From Fimicolochytrium jonesii (taxonomy: Eukaryota), in NCBI RefSeq assembly GCF_025526975.1, contig NW_026515679.1:248001-312000 (forward strand): a stretch of 64,000 bases of DNA, written 5' to 3'. How positions within the stretch are numbered: position 1 is the first letter of the stretch; the number at the start of each line of letters is the position of its first letter. Positions 36,921 to 49,600 of the stretch are shown here, in pieces. The notes beneath the pieces are model-generated. The model was not told the origin of the DNA and ran no database searches. It worked only from the letters and a program-made list of their open reading frames with translations. A program made the translations under genes and the position numbers.

Positions 36921-39900
36921 ATGAGGTCGTCTACGACAACTCCTGGACCAGGTGGTGGTGGTGGTGGTGGTGCCGCCGCCGCGGCAGTCCTATTTCTGTT
37001 GGCTTCGACCCCCTACGTCCAGGCCGCTCCTTCGCCTCACGACTGCAAACTCTCTCCCGGTTTCTGTAAGTTTCGATACCGGAATGTGCTTATCCCAGCA
37101 AAGAGAGAGGTCGGGCGGACACCCTGCGGGATTGCGCCGGAGACCGAGCGTAAGGAAATTCTGGGAGACCGAGCGGAGCGAGCCAGATCCCCTCACCGAA
37201 CGCCTTTGCGAGCGACAGCGAGCCACTTTGCGCCAAAGGCGCAATGCTGCCTCTCACCACGGCACCTTAGCGAGCGAGCTACGCTCCTGCTCACCGCAAG
37301 CCGACATCCTCGTCGCGAGCGGAGCGGGTTGCCGGTTGAGGGTTGATGATTCGGAGTAAACGGCGTCCATGCCGCTTTGATCTGGCGTTCCAACGTAATC
37401 TTAGCTGCCCAAAACTCCAGGACTAACCCACCTCCTCACTCTCACAGGTCAATGCGTACCAAACACACCCGGCTGCTCCGCTGACGGCAAGCCTTGTTTC
37501 CAAGGCGCCCCTGGATGTGGTGGTTTACCCGCGAGTGCATCGTCCGGACTGGTGCCGGCGCCATCCGCTTCTAACGGCCTTGCCGATGCTGCTACTGCTG
37601 GGAAAGCACAACCCTCGGGACTACCACTGGGGGCAGCACCACCAGCTGGCACTCCAAACTTGGGGTCTGGAGGGAGCGCTGGTCCGCTCAGAGCGGACCC
37701 TATCGCTCCACCTGCATTGCCTGCAAGCGCTCACGGTCAGAGTGGTGGTGGCAATGGTGCAGGTGCTGCCGCTCCTGGTGTGCTGCAGGATCCTGCGCAA
37801 GCCGCACCTGTGCCTGGCTCTGCGACCTTCAGCGCTGCCGTGGGTGGCGCTACACCAATCGACGGACCGCTCGGGAGACCAGGTACGAATTCGCAAAGTT
37901 GGAGGCGGGTGAAAATGGATGGCGTAACCATTTCTTCCCTACTGAATGTTTTTTTCATCCCCTCAACTCCTAGCATACACTCCACTTCCGGCCGCCGGCG
38001 TCCCAACTATCAACAACAACACCAGCGGCGTCAACATAGGCCTCGTCGCCGGTGTCCCCATCGCCTTAATTGTCCTCCTGATTGGCGCGGTCTTTGCCAT
38101 CAGGCACCACCAGCGACGATCGGCAGGCGCAAAAACTCCCTACGGAAACGTACCCGAAATGATAGCGACCAAGCCAGATGCCAATGCCCGTGGACCACCC
38201 TCAGCAGGCCTTGCACCGCTGCTGCTGCGACCGGAACTCATGTCTCCATCTTCGTCCGCCGGACCCGAGTACCCTTACTCGCCCATGTCACCGATCTCGA
38301 GCGCGACGCCCTTGGCTCCGGATGCCCATGCTGGACATGAGCTGTTGCCTGTCAAGACTGTCGGTGGTGCCGCAGCTGGTGTTGGTGCCGCCGCTGTGCT
38401 TGCAGCTGGACGTACTTCGTCCTCGTCTCGTGCGACGTTGTCAACTGCCTCTCGGGCTTCGCATGATGGACATGTTGCTCCTGTCAGCACATCATCGCGC
38501 ACGGCATCCTTGAGCGACACGACCGGTGTTTCAACATCCTCCGTCCCACCGCACGTTGACATCGTCCCGCCGCTCAGCCGCTCAAACCCCAACGTCTCAA
38601 CTACCACCTTCTCCCGCGACATGAACGAAGTCATTGGCCGTCTCGCTCAACCCAGCAACCTCACCGACCTGGCCGCAAAAGGCGCCGCCGCATCCGTCAC
38701 CCTCGCCGCAATGGAACACGACACCGCCTCGGAAGACACCATCCCTTTCCCCACATCCCCTGCAACAACCCTTGACCGCACCCTTGACCGCACCCTCGAT
38801 CGCATGCTCGATCGCACCCTCGACCGCAAGCCCCGCACAAACTCCATCTCCTCCCGCGCCTCCACCCGCTCCCACCTCTCCCGCTTCCTCCCGCCCACCC
38901 TAACCCGCCGCGCCACCCTCAGAACAATGGACGAAATCATCACCGTCGTCGACGAACGCACCGGCACAGTCCTCGACAAAAAGACCGTCACCGTCACCGA
39001 GTACGGAGGCGATATACAAGATCTGGAGGCACACAGTGCGCAGATTGAGATTGCGGGCGCCGAGGTTGCGCTGGTGGGTGAGACGGTTGTTGTGGAATGG
39101 AATAAAGGGGAGGGGGATGGCGAGATGCAGGAGGTTGTGACGACCGTGACGGACCGGGACGGGGATATTGTGAGTGTCAAAGCGAGCACGCCGGGGGGCA
39201 GTTCACCCCCGACGGCGGTGGGTACGCCTGTGGAGGAGAGGGAGGGGTTGGCGGAGGGTGTTAGGGGGTCGCCGATGGAGTTGGAGGGTCGGGATGTGGA
39301 TCCGATGGACGGAGCTGTACCCGTTGGAGATCAGCATAGGGAAGGGCAGATCGCATCGGCCGCCGAGCCGGGATACCTTCCTGCGGAGGCAGCACTACAA
39401 GAGGCACACGTAGCCCGTGCGCCTTCGACGGAGCAATTCGCTGCAGCGGCCTCAACGGTCCCGCTTGCCGCCACCGCTTTGGAAAGTCGAGGGAGCCCAA
39501 AAGCGGTTGACCCGCCAGCGGCCGTGGCTACTGCTGATAGTCCGTCGGAAACACACGTTGCTGATAACCAGTCGACAAAGCCAGGGAGCGAGACGAGCCC
39601 GGTCATCGCTGAGGGTGAAGGTACCCCTGTCGTTGCGGAAAACCAAGCCGCTGATGTGCAGTCGACTCCGGTAGCCGTCGAGGACCAGACAATCCCAGAT
39701 GCCAGCGATGTGCAACCAGCCAAGGCCGCGTCTCCTTCTGAATTTGAAGCGGCAAGCCCATCATCTACGGCCGAGCTCGCTACAGCAGCCGCCGGAGTCG
39801 CGTCCCTATCGCACCCCTCGCAATCCCTCCCATCACCCCCCGAAACCCCGCGCAACAGCTACCGCTCAACCCACACCACCTCCTCCCCCTCCACCCCCGC

Positions 39901-40609
39901 GCGCCCAACCCGCAGCACCTCCCGCCCGCGCTACACCCCCACCCCGATCCCGGAAGAGGAACCCCTCCCCGACCTCTCCGCCTACCACCCGCCCGCGCCG
40001 ACCTCCCACGTCTGCATCCAGCCCTACCACCCGGTCCGCCCGGACGAGATGGCGATGCAAGTCGGCGACCTGGTTGGCATCGAGCGCGAGTACGCGGACG
40101 GGTGGGCGCGCGGGCAGAACATCACGCACGGCCGGCAACGCGCCCACTTCCCGCTCGCCATCCTCACCCCCATCAAGAGCGGGCCCAGCCAGCGCGTCGC
40201 CAAGATCGCCGGCCGCGCGTGGCTAGGACGCCCCGAGCACGACTCCCCCGACGAGAAAAAAGGACATCGCGGATCCGTCGTGCCCCCGCAAAGGTCCCAC
40301 TCCCTCCCCTTACGACGATCCCCCACACTCACCTCCGCCGCGGAACACGCCCCCCCACCGCCCTCCGAACACGAACACGAAGACGAACACGAAGACGAAC
40401 ACCACCCCCCGCAGCTCATCACCCACCACCGCGAAACACACCCGGACGGCGAAACGGTCACCACTACTACCACCCGCCACCTCGACCCCGAGACCGCCCT
40501 GCCCACCCGCATCACCAAGGTCGAGAAACGCTCCCAGATCAGGAATCCGGACGGAACGGTTACGAAACGGGTTAGCGTGGTTAATGTCACTGACCCGGAG
40601 GTCTCGTAG
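36921..40609 (+). CDS. Single-pass membrane protein: signal peptide, small Cys-rich ectodomain, TM helix, cytoplasmic SH3
   Basis: Signal-like AVLFLLASTPYVQA; spliced CKLSPGFCQCVPNTPGCSADGKPCFQGAPGC; TM IGLVAGVPIALIVLLIGAVFAI; SH3 CIQPYHPVRPDEMAMQVGDLVGIEREYADGWARG..HFP. Introns ~37066-37447 and ~37882-37972. Confidence 0.8.
38768..38827 (+). repeat. 12-bp coding tandem repeat, (T/M)LDR x5
   Basis: acccttgaccgc-type units encode TLDRTLDRTLDRMLDRTLDR. Confidence 0.85.
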
Positions 40610-41123
40610 ACACCCCCGGGGGGTACATCACAACTTTCTTGTTTTTTACATGTTGTTTTAGAAACGCGTTTGTATTAGAGATATTCTAGTTATGTAGACT
40701 TTTGTTCGGATGGCGTGTGGGTTTTAGATACCGCTATACTGTATGTAGATCCAGCCGCTGCGCTGAGGTTCACCCCAAGATTTTTTTGTTTCTGTGTGTT
40801 TTTTGCATATACCTTCTCCCCTTCCCGTTTGATGAGAGTGGGAAGATGAGGTTTTTGATGTTCCGGTTCTGATGGCGGGACTTGGACTCGGATACGCTGG
40901 GGCGTTCGCACAACGACGACCTGTCGGAAAAAAAACGAGGGTACGCTTTTTCGTCCGCGGGAATGTATGTACTATAAGTCTATATTTCTTTTCGTACGAT
41001 GGAATCAAAATCTATATGTGACATTTTGCATGTATGCCAGCCTGCAGTCAACGACACCCGGGCGGCGCTCACCTCGTCTACGAAACGCCAAACCGCACCG
41101 TGGTGTGTGCACCCGTCCACATC

Positions 41124-44100
41124 CTACGCCCACTCACACGCGGCCATAAACTCCTCGACGCCCTCCTCGACGACGTCCCAGAAATCACTGACGAGCCGTG
41201 CGCCGACGCGGGCGACCATGTACTCCCGCACGCTGTCCATGGTGACGACGTGCAGGTCGCTGTTGGCCAGGAAGCCGTGGATCTCGTCCTTGATCGCCGG
41301 GCGGACGTCGTAGATGTTGGTGGTGGTGGGGGGGAAGGAGGTGGAGGCGTGGGAGGGGGTGGAGGAGGAGCCGAGGACGGAGGTGGTGCGGGCGGAGGAG
41401 CCCGAGACGATGCGGGGGCCGGAGTGGGTTTTCTCGGAGCGGGAGGCGGGGAAGGGGTGGGTGAGGGTGGTTGCGGTGGAGTGGGTGGTGTTTGAGCGGG
41501 CGAGGTTCTGGAGGTCCGCGATAGAGGTGGTGTTCGTGGTGTTTGCGAGGTCGGAGTGGGATCGGGCGAGGGCGAGCATCTTGCGGAGGGAGGGGCGGCG
41601 GGTGAGGGTTGAGTTTTGCCGGTCGAGGTTTTGTGAGGGGGTCCCGGAGGTGGGGAGGGGGAGGAGGGGGAGGGTTGACCGGACTGTGGAGGCGGAGTTG
41701 AGGCCGTGGGAGATATGTTTGGGTGGTGGCTGGAAGCGCGGGGGTAGGGCGCTGTTCATCATCTGTGCGGCGGCGGCGAGGGAGCGGGGGGAGGTTTGGA
41801 TGGGGTGTGGGGAGCCGCCGGTGGTGTCGTTCCAGATATCGTATTCGGCGGTCAGCGGTGACCCCCCCGGGGTGCTGCTGTTGAAATCATCCTTGAGGGC
41901 TGCCGGGGACGGCGGCTGGAACTCAAAGAAAGGTAACATCCCCGCCGATGCCGGGCCTGAAGTGCGACGCTCTGCAACCTGCATCATCTCCCTCTTCTCA
42001 CCCCCCTCCTGCTCCTCACTCCCACACTCCCTGAAAACCCTCTCGCTCCCCTCCAAACACGTATCGCTCCACTTCACCCGATCCATACTCCACAACGCAC
42101 ACACGGGCACCACGATCTGGAACAACGGCATCCCGACCGCCATGTGCACCACCAGCGGCACCAAACTCTTGAAATCCAAGGTGGCGATGAACAGCACCGC
42201 TTGCAGGAGGAAGAGTTTAACGAGCGCAGCGAGCACGATGGCGTCCGCAAAGGCGAGCGATACCGAGGGACAGTGCTTGATGATCATGTAGTACACGAGC
42301 CGGGCGAACATGTAGTACATGAACGCAGTGGCGACGGGCGCGAGTGTCATTGCCACCACCTCGCTCGCGGCACGTAACCTGATACTCCACCGGGGGTGCG
42401 TTAGTGCCATGCCGGAGAGCAGATGGAACCGGCACGCAAACGAGCGGAGTTGCTGGCCGAAGAGGGCGCGGAAGGTTGCGGGCACCTCGGAGTAGGCGAT
42501 GGCGGTGGAGCAGTAGTCGAGTTTGGTTTTGCGGGCGGGGTGCACGCGGAGGAGGATGTCTGCCAACACCTTGTCTTCACCCACCGCGATGGCGTTCCGG
42601 GCGTGCATTGTTTCCGGAACCCGGGCAAATCGTTTGATCACGGCGTCGTCGACGAGGCAGGGTCTGCCCGAGGGGAACACAACGCGGTAAGTCGCGAACC
42701 CGCCTGACCACGCGCGGCCGACGCAGCCGGTTGCAGAGTCGAGGGCGGGGGCGAGGTGGTGGAGGTGGAACCAGGGGTACTGCTGCACGAGGGTGGCGAA
42801 GGAGGTGCGGGTGTGGGCAGGGCGGATACCGCCATGCACGCCCATGAGTGTCGGGTCGTGAGTCAGTTTACCCGCCAGTATCTTCAACGCGTGTTTAGAG
42901 ACGTAGGTATCCCCATCGACCACCGTAAGATACTCAAACGGCAGTGTGTCCCTCTCCAAAAGCGTCGCCAATTTCAGATAAATCTCCCGTTCCAAACTGG
43001 TCGGAGGGACCGCACTCTCAAACCGCGCCGCCCTCAAAAACCGCATCAAAATCAACAACGAGTCCCTTTTACCCCTCGTCCCCGGCTGCTGCGTCTCGCT
43101 CTTCAACCCGGTCTTGACAATCACGACATACGGGATCTGCGCACCCTCCGCAGGCGTGAAATAGCCCCCATACACGCGGGCGAGGTTAGAGCACCGCGAC
43201 CCTTTCCCCGTGGACGCGTATGTGAATTCGGAGAAATGGGCGGCGTCGTAGCCGAGGATCCCCGCGACGGCGGAGGCGGTGTCGCGGTGGGATCCCGGTT
43301 GCATTGTTGATCCGTCCACCACAACAAACAAGACTTTATTCCCTTCGTCGTACTCGCTGTTTGCAACCGACTCGATGGATCGTTGGATAGTGACGGATTC
43401 CTCGTTGTAGATGGGGATCAAGACCATGTTCAGCGGCCCCTTTTGGGCTTTGGCGATGGAGGTGAAGCCGCGGGAGAGGGTCATGAAATTCTTGATGATG
43501 TAGAGCACGTAGATGACGCCGCCGCCGAGGATAAGCACGCGGTTATGGCGGGAGATGGTCGGGGGCACGGCGTCGGTGAGGATCCCTGCGAAGAAGAGCT
43601 TGTTGAGGGCTTTCATGTAGCGTTTGCGGTCGGGGAGGAGTTTCATGTCTGCGCTGGCGTCGCGGCCGATGTTTGTGAGGAGGACTTGGGTGAAGTCGAG
43701 GGGGAGGAAGGCGGCGGATTCTTTGATGGTGATGTTGACGGACTCGGTGCTCGCGTCTGCTGGGATGGAGGTTGCGATACGCAGGTACCATGTCACGTCG
43801 TAGACGTAGGAGTCAATTATGATCAGCGCTGTTGTGCGGTTTGTTTGGGAGAGTTTGACGGTCTCTGGATCGTGCAGGATGTCTAAAAGCGAAGGGACGA
43901 GAACATGAAATTGTCAATCTCTCTGCGTCATTATATTCAAACGGCCGTCCGTTCGAACCATTCAACTTACATCCAACAGCATACTCATCCAACTTCGTAA
44001 AATCCGTAAAACACGGCGCGGAAGTCTTCACCGGCGTCGGACAATCCTGCAACACCCCCCTCTCGAAATCCACCACATACCCCGTCTGCATCGATATCCT

Positions 44101-44901
44101 CGTATTCACCCAATTCACAATCGTCTTTGAATCGTTCACGACCGCCGCAATGTCCGCGTCGACGCCCAATAGACTGAAGGTGGGGAACATGGAGGACACG
44201 TCGTTGCCCTTGTATATTGCCGCGGGTGCGTAGGGGGAGTCGTCGGGGAAATCCATTACGCGGCCGACGACGCCGACGTAGGATGTTGAGGCCAGTTGGG
44301 AGACGGAAAAGTCCTGCAGGTGCGGGGAGGTGATCCAGGGGAGGTAATCGACGACGAAGAGGAAAACACCGGATGCGAGGAGGATGAGAGTTGCGATGAC
44401 GATTTTTTCGCGCCATGCTTGGCGGTCCTGAGACGTGGTCAGACCGATGAGTTTGAGGATGGGTGTTGGGAACATGAATGTGGCGAACTTGCATATTGTG
44501 CCGAATACTGTTCGTTGCGGCTGGCCGGGTCGGGATAGTTTGATGTGTGATCGGTCGGACGGTCGTCGACCTTCGCTTTTGACGGTTGGGCTGGATGCGA
44601 CGTACGTTTGGGAGGAGGTGAGCAGGCCGTCGTGGCTGGTTGCCGAGCTTGTTGATGAGACGGACATCCGGTGCCGCCGTGGATTGGATCCTTTCCCGTC
44701 GTGCGATTCGAAAGGGAGTGTGTCTAGTCCGTCCGGGTAGAACACATCGTCCTCCTCGCTGCTGTGAGGTGAACCCATCGACTCTGACCCTCCTGCTCGT
44801 CCTCTTGGTGGTGGTGGTGTTGACGATATTGGGATCTTAGGCTGGTCAAGGAGATCGTTACTGTACAGACTCCAGCCCTCTGTTGGTCGTCCAGCGACCA
44901 T
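41124..44901 (-). CDS. Division-2 chitin synthase-like protein (cytochrome-b5-like region, GT2 domain, DEK_C) with degenerate catalytic motifs
   Basis: RQAWREKI, KGNDVSSMF, IPIYNEE, GTRGKRDS, VDGDT, GEDKVL and a C-terminal DEK_C-like IHGFLANSDLHVVTMDSVRE. QRRRW is replaced by QQLRSF. One intron near 43.9-44.0 kb. Confidence 0.85.
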
Positions 44902-46663
44902 CCTGGAACTATGCTACGAGGGGTTGAGAGGTATATACAAACAAGGTCGAGGGACCGCCGGGGCCTCCTCGTGAAAAAGAGTGTAGTCTGGCTCGTCGCT
45001 TCGCTGTCAACACGAAAGCGTAGGTGGTATGTTTCCAACGTTGCGAGCTGGCTATACGATAGTCGTTGTCGTCGTCGTCGTTGTTGTTATGGGATATCGA
45101 GAGAGCGGAGTAGGACGTCCGCCGTGCGAAGTAAGGGATAAGGTCGGCCGGCCGAAGGGAAACTTGCACAGCGGACGGGACGGGGGCTATCCTACTAAGC
45201 GACCGGGCGCGGAGGGAGGGAGGGTGGCGGCTTGAAACCCAAAATTGCGAACGATATCTACGTACGTATTACTATCTGCCTGCCCTCTGCCCTCCCATCC
45301 CAATCGGGTGTTCTCGTTCCTCAAAGGCTTTTGGGGGGGTATTAGACATCCGCCCCAGCGCTCACTCCTTGCACCCTTGCTTGCATGTCCTATTCTCATC
45401 ACGCTTCAAGCCCTTTGTCCTCGCTCGCTGCCTTTTTTCGCCTCAAAACCTGATGAAACGTTGAGCGGAGTGAGTTCAAAATCTTACAGTACTTCTGATG
45501 AGATGAGTGTGCGAAACGCCACCCCAGGCCGTCGGGTATAATATATTATGATGGCCCAACTGGATCGCCGGTGCTTGGTTCTTTCTCGCATCTGCCCCAG
45601 GATCCCATGAACCTTAAAAATCTGATTATCAGAGAACGGGAAACACCAACCACATGCAAGCAAGCGCCACGTCTTACATAATAAACGATGTAAGCCACGT
45701 GAGATGCCGTGACCTTTGTATTCATTGTGGAATGGGGATGACATCACGCGCTAATGAGTGATGTCATTGTTTCTGATGTGGGATGATGTGCACTCACTCG
45801 TGGCTTTGCTTCTGCACTCTCTCCGCGGGAAAGAAATGACGACTCTCTCGTTCTCTGCACGTCCGACAAGCACGGCGTTTTCGTTGTTGCTGAGCTAGCT
45901 TGACTTTTGCGAAATTGCGCTCCGATAAGCGTGCTTTTGCAAGGCCCCCCCTGATGAATGTGGGACATAGGACGCCGTCTATGCATGTGCATATGGGGAT
46001 GGAAAAGAAACAGGCTTGAAGAAGCCCAAGCCCTTTCCCTCCCTCCCTGGCAGCCCTGGTCGACCGACGCACGCGCGCGTGATGCATCCGCCGCCCGCCC
46101 GATGCATGCCGTCATCTCGTTCGTTTCCCAGCCAGCGATTAGGGGCGCCTCAGCCAAGAGCGTTTGTTTACTCTCACACTCTTCTTCCCTCGTACGTAAG
46201 CTTATTCTTTCCGTGTGCGCCTCCCATATGATTCTTATGCCATGGCCAAGCAAGCGAGCAAGCATGAATCATGCATGATGATGGGAATGCGCCTATTGTT
46301 TACATATCTTTACTCGTACGAATCGGGGAGTCGATTGCGCACGTCATTTCCCTGTCACCCTTACGCGTGGAGGGCGCCCCCTCCCTTCTCGGTCCGTCCC
46401 TTTCCTGCCCGCCCCTCTCTCCACAACCGGGCGAATAAAACCAACCTGCTTCCCTCGCCACCCTCCCCCCCGCCTTTGTTTTGCCCATCCCCCCCGCACT
46501 GCAACAGGCAGAGCTGCACATAACGTACCTGTGTTGTTCATAATCGTTGCGTTTTTGGAAATATTACATCTTCACTACCCCCATCAAACCCACCCCCGCA
46601 CATATCCAGCATCCGCTCGCTCCACATCCGAAATCCACCCCCCGTTACATAAACAAATTCACC

Positions 46664-49600
46664 ATGTCCAGCGATCCAGTATCCGTTGAACGGGAAACGA
46701 CCTACGAGTCGCCAGCCCAAGCCGCCGAAGAGGCTGAGGGCCTTCGTCACCGTGTGCCCCACGTCCTCGCGGGTGCTCCTGGTGTTGCGCCCCCGGTTCC
46801 CATCTACAGCCAGAAGAACTTTGTGACCCCGGCGACGATACCCGTTGTTCCGCTAAGGGAGGTGCCTGATACCCCCGCGGAGGAGATGCCGAGCTTGTTT
46901 CCTGTTGGTGAGTGGTGATAGATCGATATGGAATTCCCCGCTCTTCTCTCCACACTTATTGCAACAGCGTCATCCGTGTCTGCCATATACTTCTGCCACT
47001 TGCTATTCAATTCTCCCGCTATCCCAAATTCTCACACCGTCTGTCTCTATCTTTCTCTACTTCCTATTTGAAATAGCCGTCGACGAGTATCCTTCCGACG
47101 ACGACGAGCCGACCCTTTCTGAACTCGCAGCAACCACTCGTGACGCCTTGACAAACACCGTGAGCAACGTCGCATCGGTCGCCACTGGCTTCTTCCGTAA
47201 CGTTAGCCGCCGCGTATCTCGCAACTTTGAAACCACAGAAGCTGCAGCTGTCGAACCTACTACCCCTACCCATCCCACGGCAGAACACGCTGGGATCGCC
47301 ACTGGAAACGTAATGGGTACCGTCGCAGGAACCGTCGCCGGAGCCGCTTCCGAAGTCCGTGACCAGGCAGCTGCCGCTATCCGTCCTGCTACCCAGCCCG
47401 CTGCAATCGACACGTCCGCCCAACTCGAATCGGTTGCCAACGAAGAGCACCCTACCGCCGAAAGCGCCGGGAAGAAAACCGGCGATGTCATCGGATCCGT
47501 CGCCGGAACCTTCGTAGCCGCTGCATCCGCCGCGCGTGAAGCTGTAGGTGGAATCGTCGAGCAGGTCGCGCCTGCCACCACCTCTACGCCGGCTACTACT
47601 TCCGAATTGCTCAGTACCCCGGAGCAATTCAACGCCCCCCACGTTGGTGATGAAGTCCTGGCTGCTCCTATCGCTGCTAGGGACTTCCCGCCGGTTATCG
47701 TGACCCCTATCGAATCTTCCGCTTACGCTACTCCTACTGAATTGTCCGACGTTCCCGTTCAATCTGCTCCTCTGACCGAGACAGCTAAGGAAGGCGCCGT
47801 CGCTGCGAAGCAAGCTGCGGGTAACTCATACGTTGCGGCTCGCGAAACGGTCAAGCAAGCCCAGGAAGTCGCTCCGCAGGCCCTCGCGGCTGGCAAGGAA
47901 TCCGCGGTTGGATCGTACGGTTCTGCCTACGAGCAAGCTGCTGCCCGCACTGCAAACCTCCCGGCGACCATCAAGCAGACCGCTCAGTCTGCCGCTGCCA
48001 CCGTCGGCAACGTCGTTGAGCAAGCCTACACCAAGGTAGCTCCCGTCGTCGGCGCACCGCCCGCTGAAGTTGCGCGCGAAAACCTGGCCTACGCGACCAA
48101 GCCTGAGGTCATCAAGGGTACCGCTGCATCCGCCGCCACCCGCGCCAGGGACGTTATCTTGACCGCCCAAGATGTAGTAGAATCTACCGCGCACACCGCC
48201 ACCGAGAAAGCTGGCCAGATCTACGTCGCCACCGCCGAAACCTCCCGCAAGGCAGTCGGAACCACCTCGGACATCGTGTCCCCCGCCGCGTCCATCGCTC
48301 GCGAGAGCACCGTCCACTCTTACGCGCACTCCAAGGAAGCCACCACCGCAGCCCTCGAAAAGGTCGTTGACAAGGTCGTCGAGTACGAAACCGTCGCCAA
48401 AGTTCTCACCACCGACGCCGTCCACAAGGCCGTCGAAGTCGGCGAGAAGGTGTACCACAAGGTCGCTGATGTGTCCCACACGGCCGCGAATGTCGCGTCC
48501 AACACCGCGGTGGCTGCTCGCGATACTGTCACCGGGACCGCGTCGTTTGCGTCGGAGAAGGCGGGGCAGTACACCACCCCGATCATCGCGGCTACTCAGA
48601 ACGCTCTCCATCGTGCTGCGGACACGACGGTCAACACGTCTCGCAGCGTCGGTAACACGGCTTCGAACGTCGCCAGCAGCGTGGGCAACACCGCTTCGAA
48701 TGTCGCCACTGGAGCGTACAACACGACCATCAACACCGGTCGCAACGTGGGCAACACCGCTTCCAACGTCGCCACGGGCGCGTACAACACCGCCCTCGGC
48801 GCCGCCCAATCCGTCGCTTCAACCACATCCAACGTCGCGTCCTCAACTTACAACACAGCTGTCAACATCCCCCACGTCGTCGCCGAGAAAGCGTCAAACC
48901 TCCTCCCCACCCGCTCGCGCAGTCGGAGCACGTCCGAGGTGCCTGCGGAGGTGGACACACTTGCGCCGCAGGGTGAGACACTTGCGCCGAGGAGACCTAG
49001 TATCTCCGAACGCGCTGGTGCCGCTGCGAAGGAGGCTGCGACGTCGGCGATTGCGGTCCCGAGGGCGGCTGTTACGGGTGTCACGCATCTAGCGGCTGCG
49101 GCTGGGAATGCGGTTGTTGCGGGAGCTAGTGCTGTTGGGAGTGCTGGTGAGTCTTCACAAGTCTTTCTCCTTTTGACTTATTGATTGCAACATCAGTCGG
49201 GCGGACTTTCCGGTTACTGTGAATGTATGGTATTGATAAACTTGTCCGTTCTCCATTTCTCCTTACAGCGTCCTCTGCGGCCCACACCGCCGTTTCAGTC
49301 CCCATCGCCGTCGGCCAACGTGCCAAGCGCGCCATCTCCCCCGCACCCAGCCGCGAGAACCTGACCGTAGACACCGAGTTCGCCCCCACCGAAGCGCCCG
49401 CGAGCCCCTCTCTCATCCAGCGCGCTGCGGCCATTCCCTCCGCCGTAGCCTCCAGCATCCTCCCCGCTGGAACAAGCCACGCGCAGACTTTACAGACACT
49501 CGACCAGCCCGTGGGGCCCACTATCACCCAGCGCGCGACCGGCGCCGCGGGATCCGCCGTCTCTGCTGTCGCTGCTGTCCCGGCTGCGATCACGCACAAG

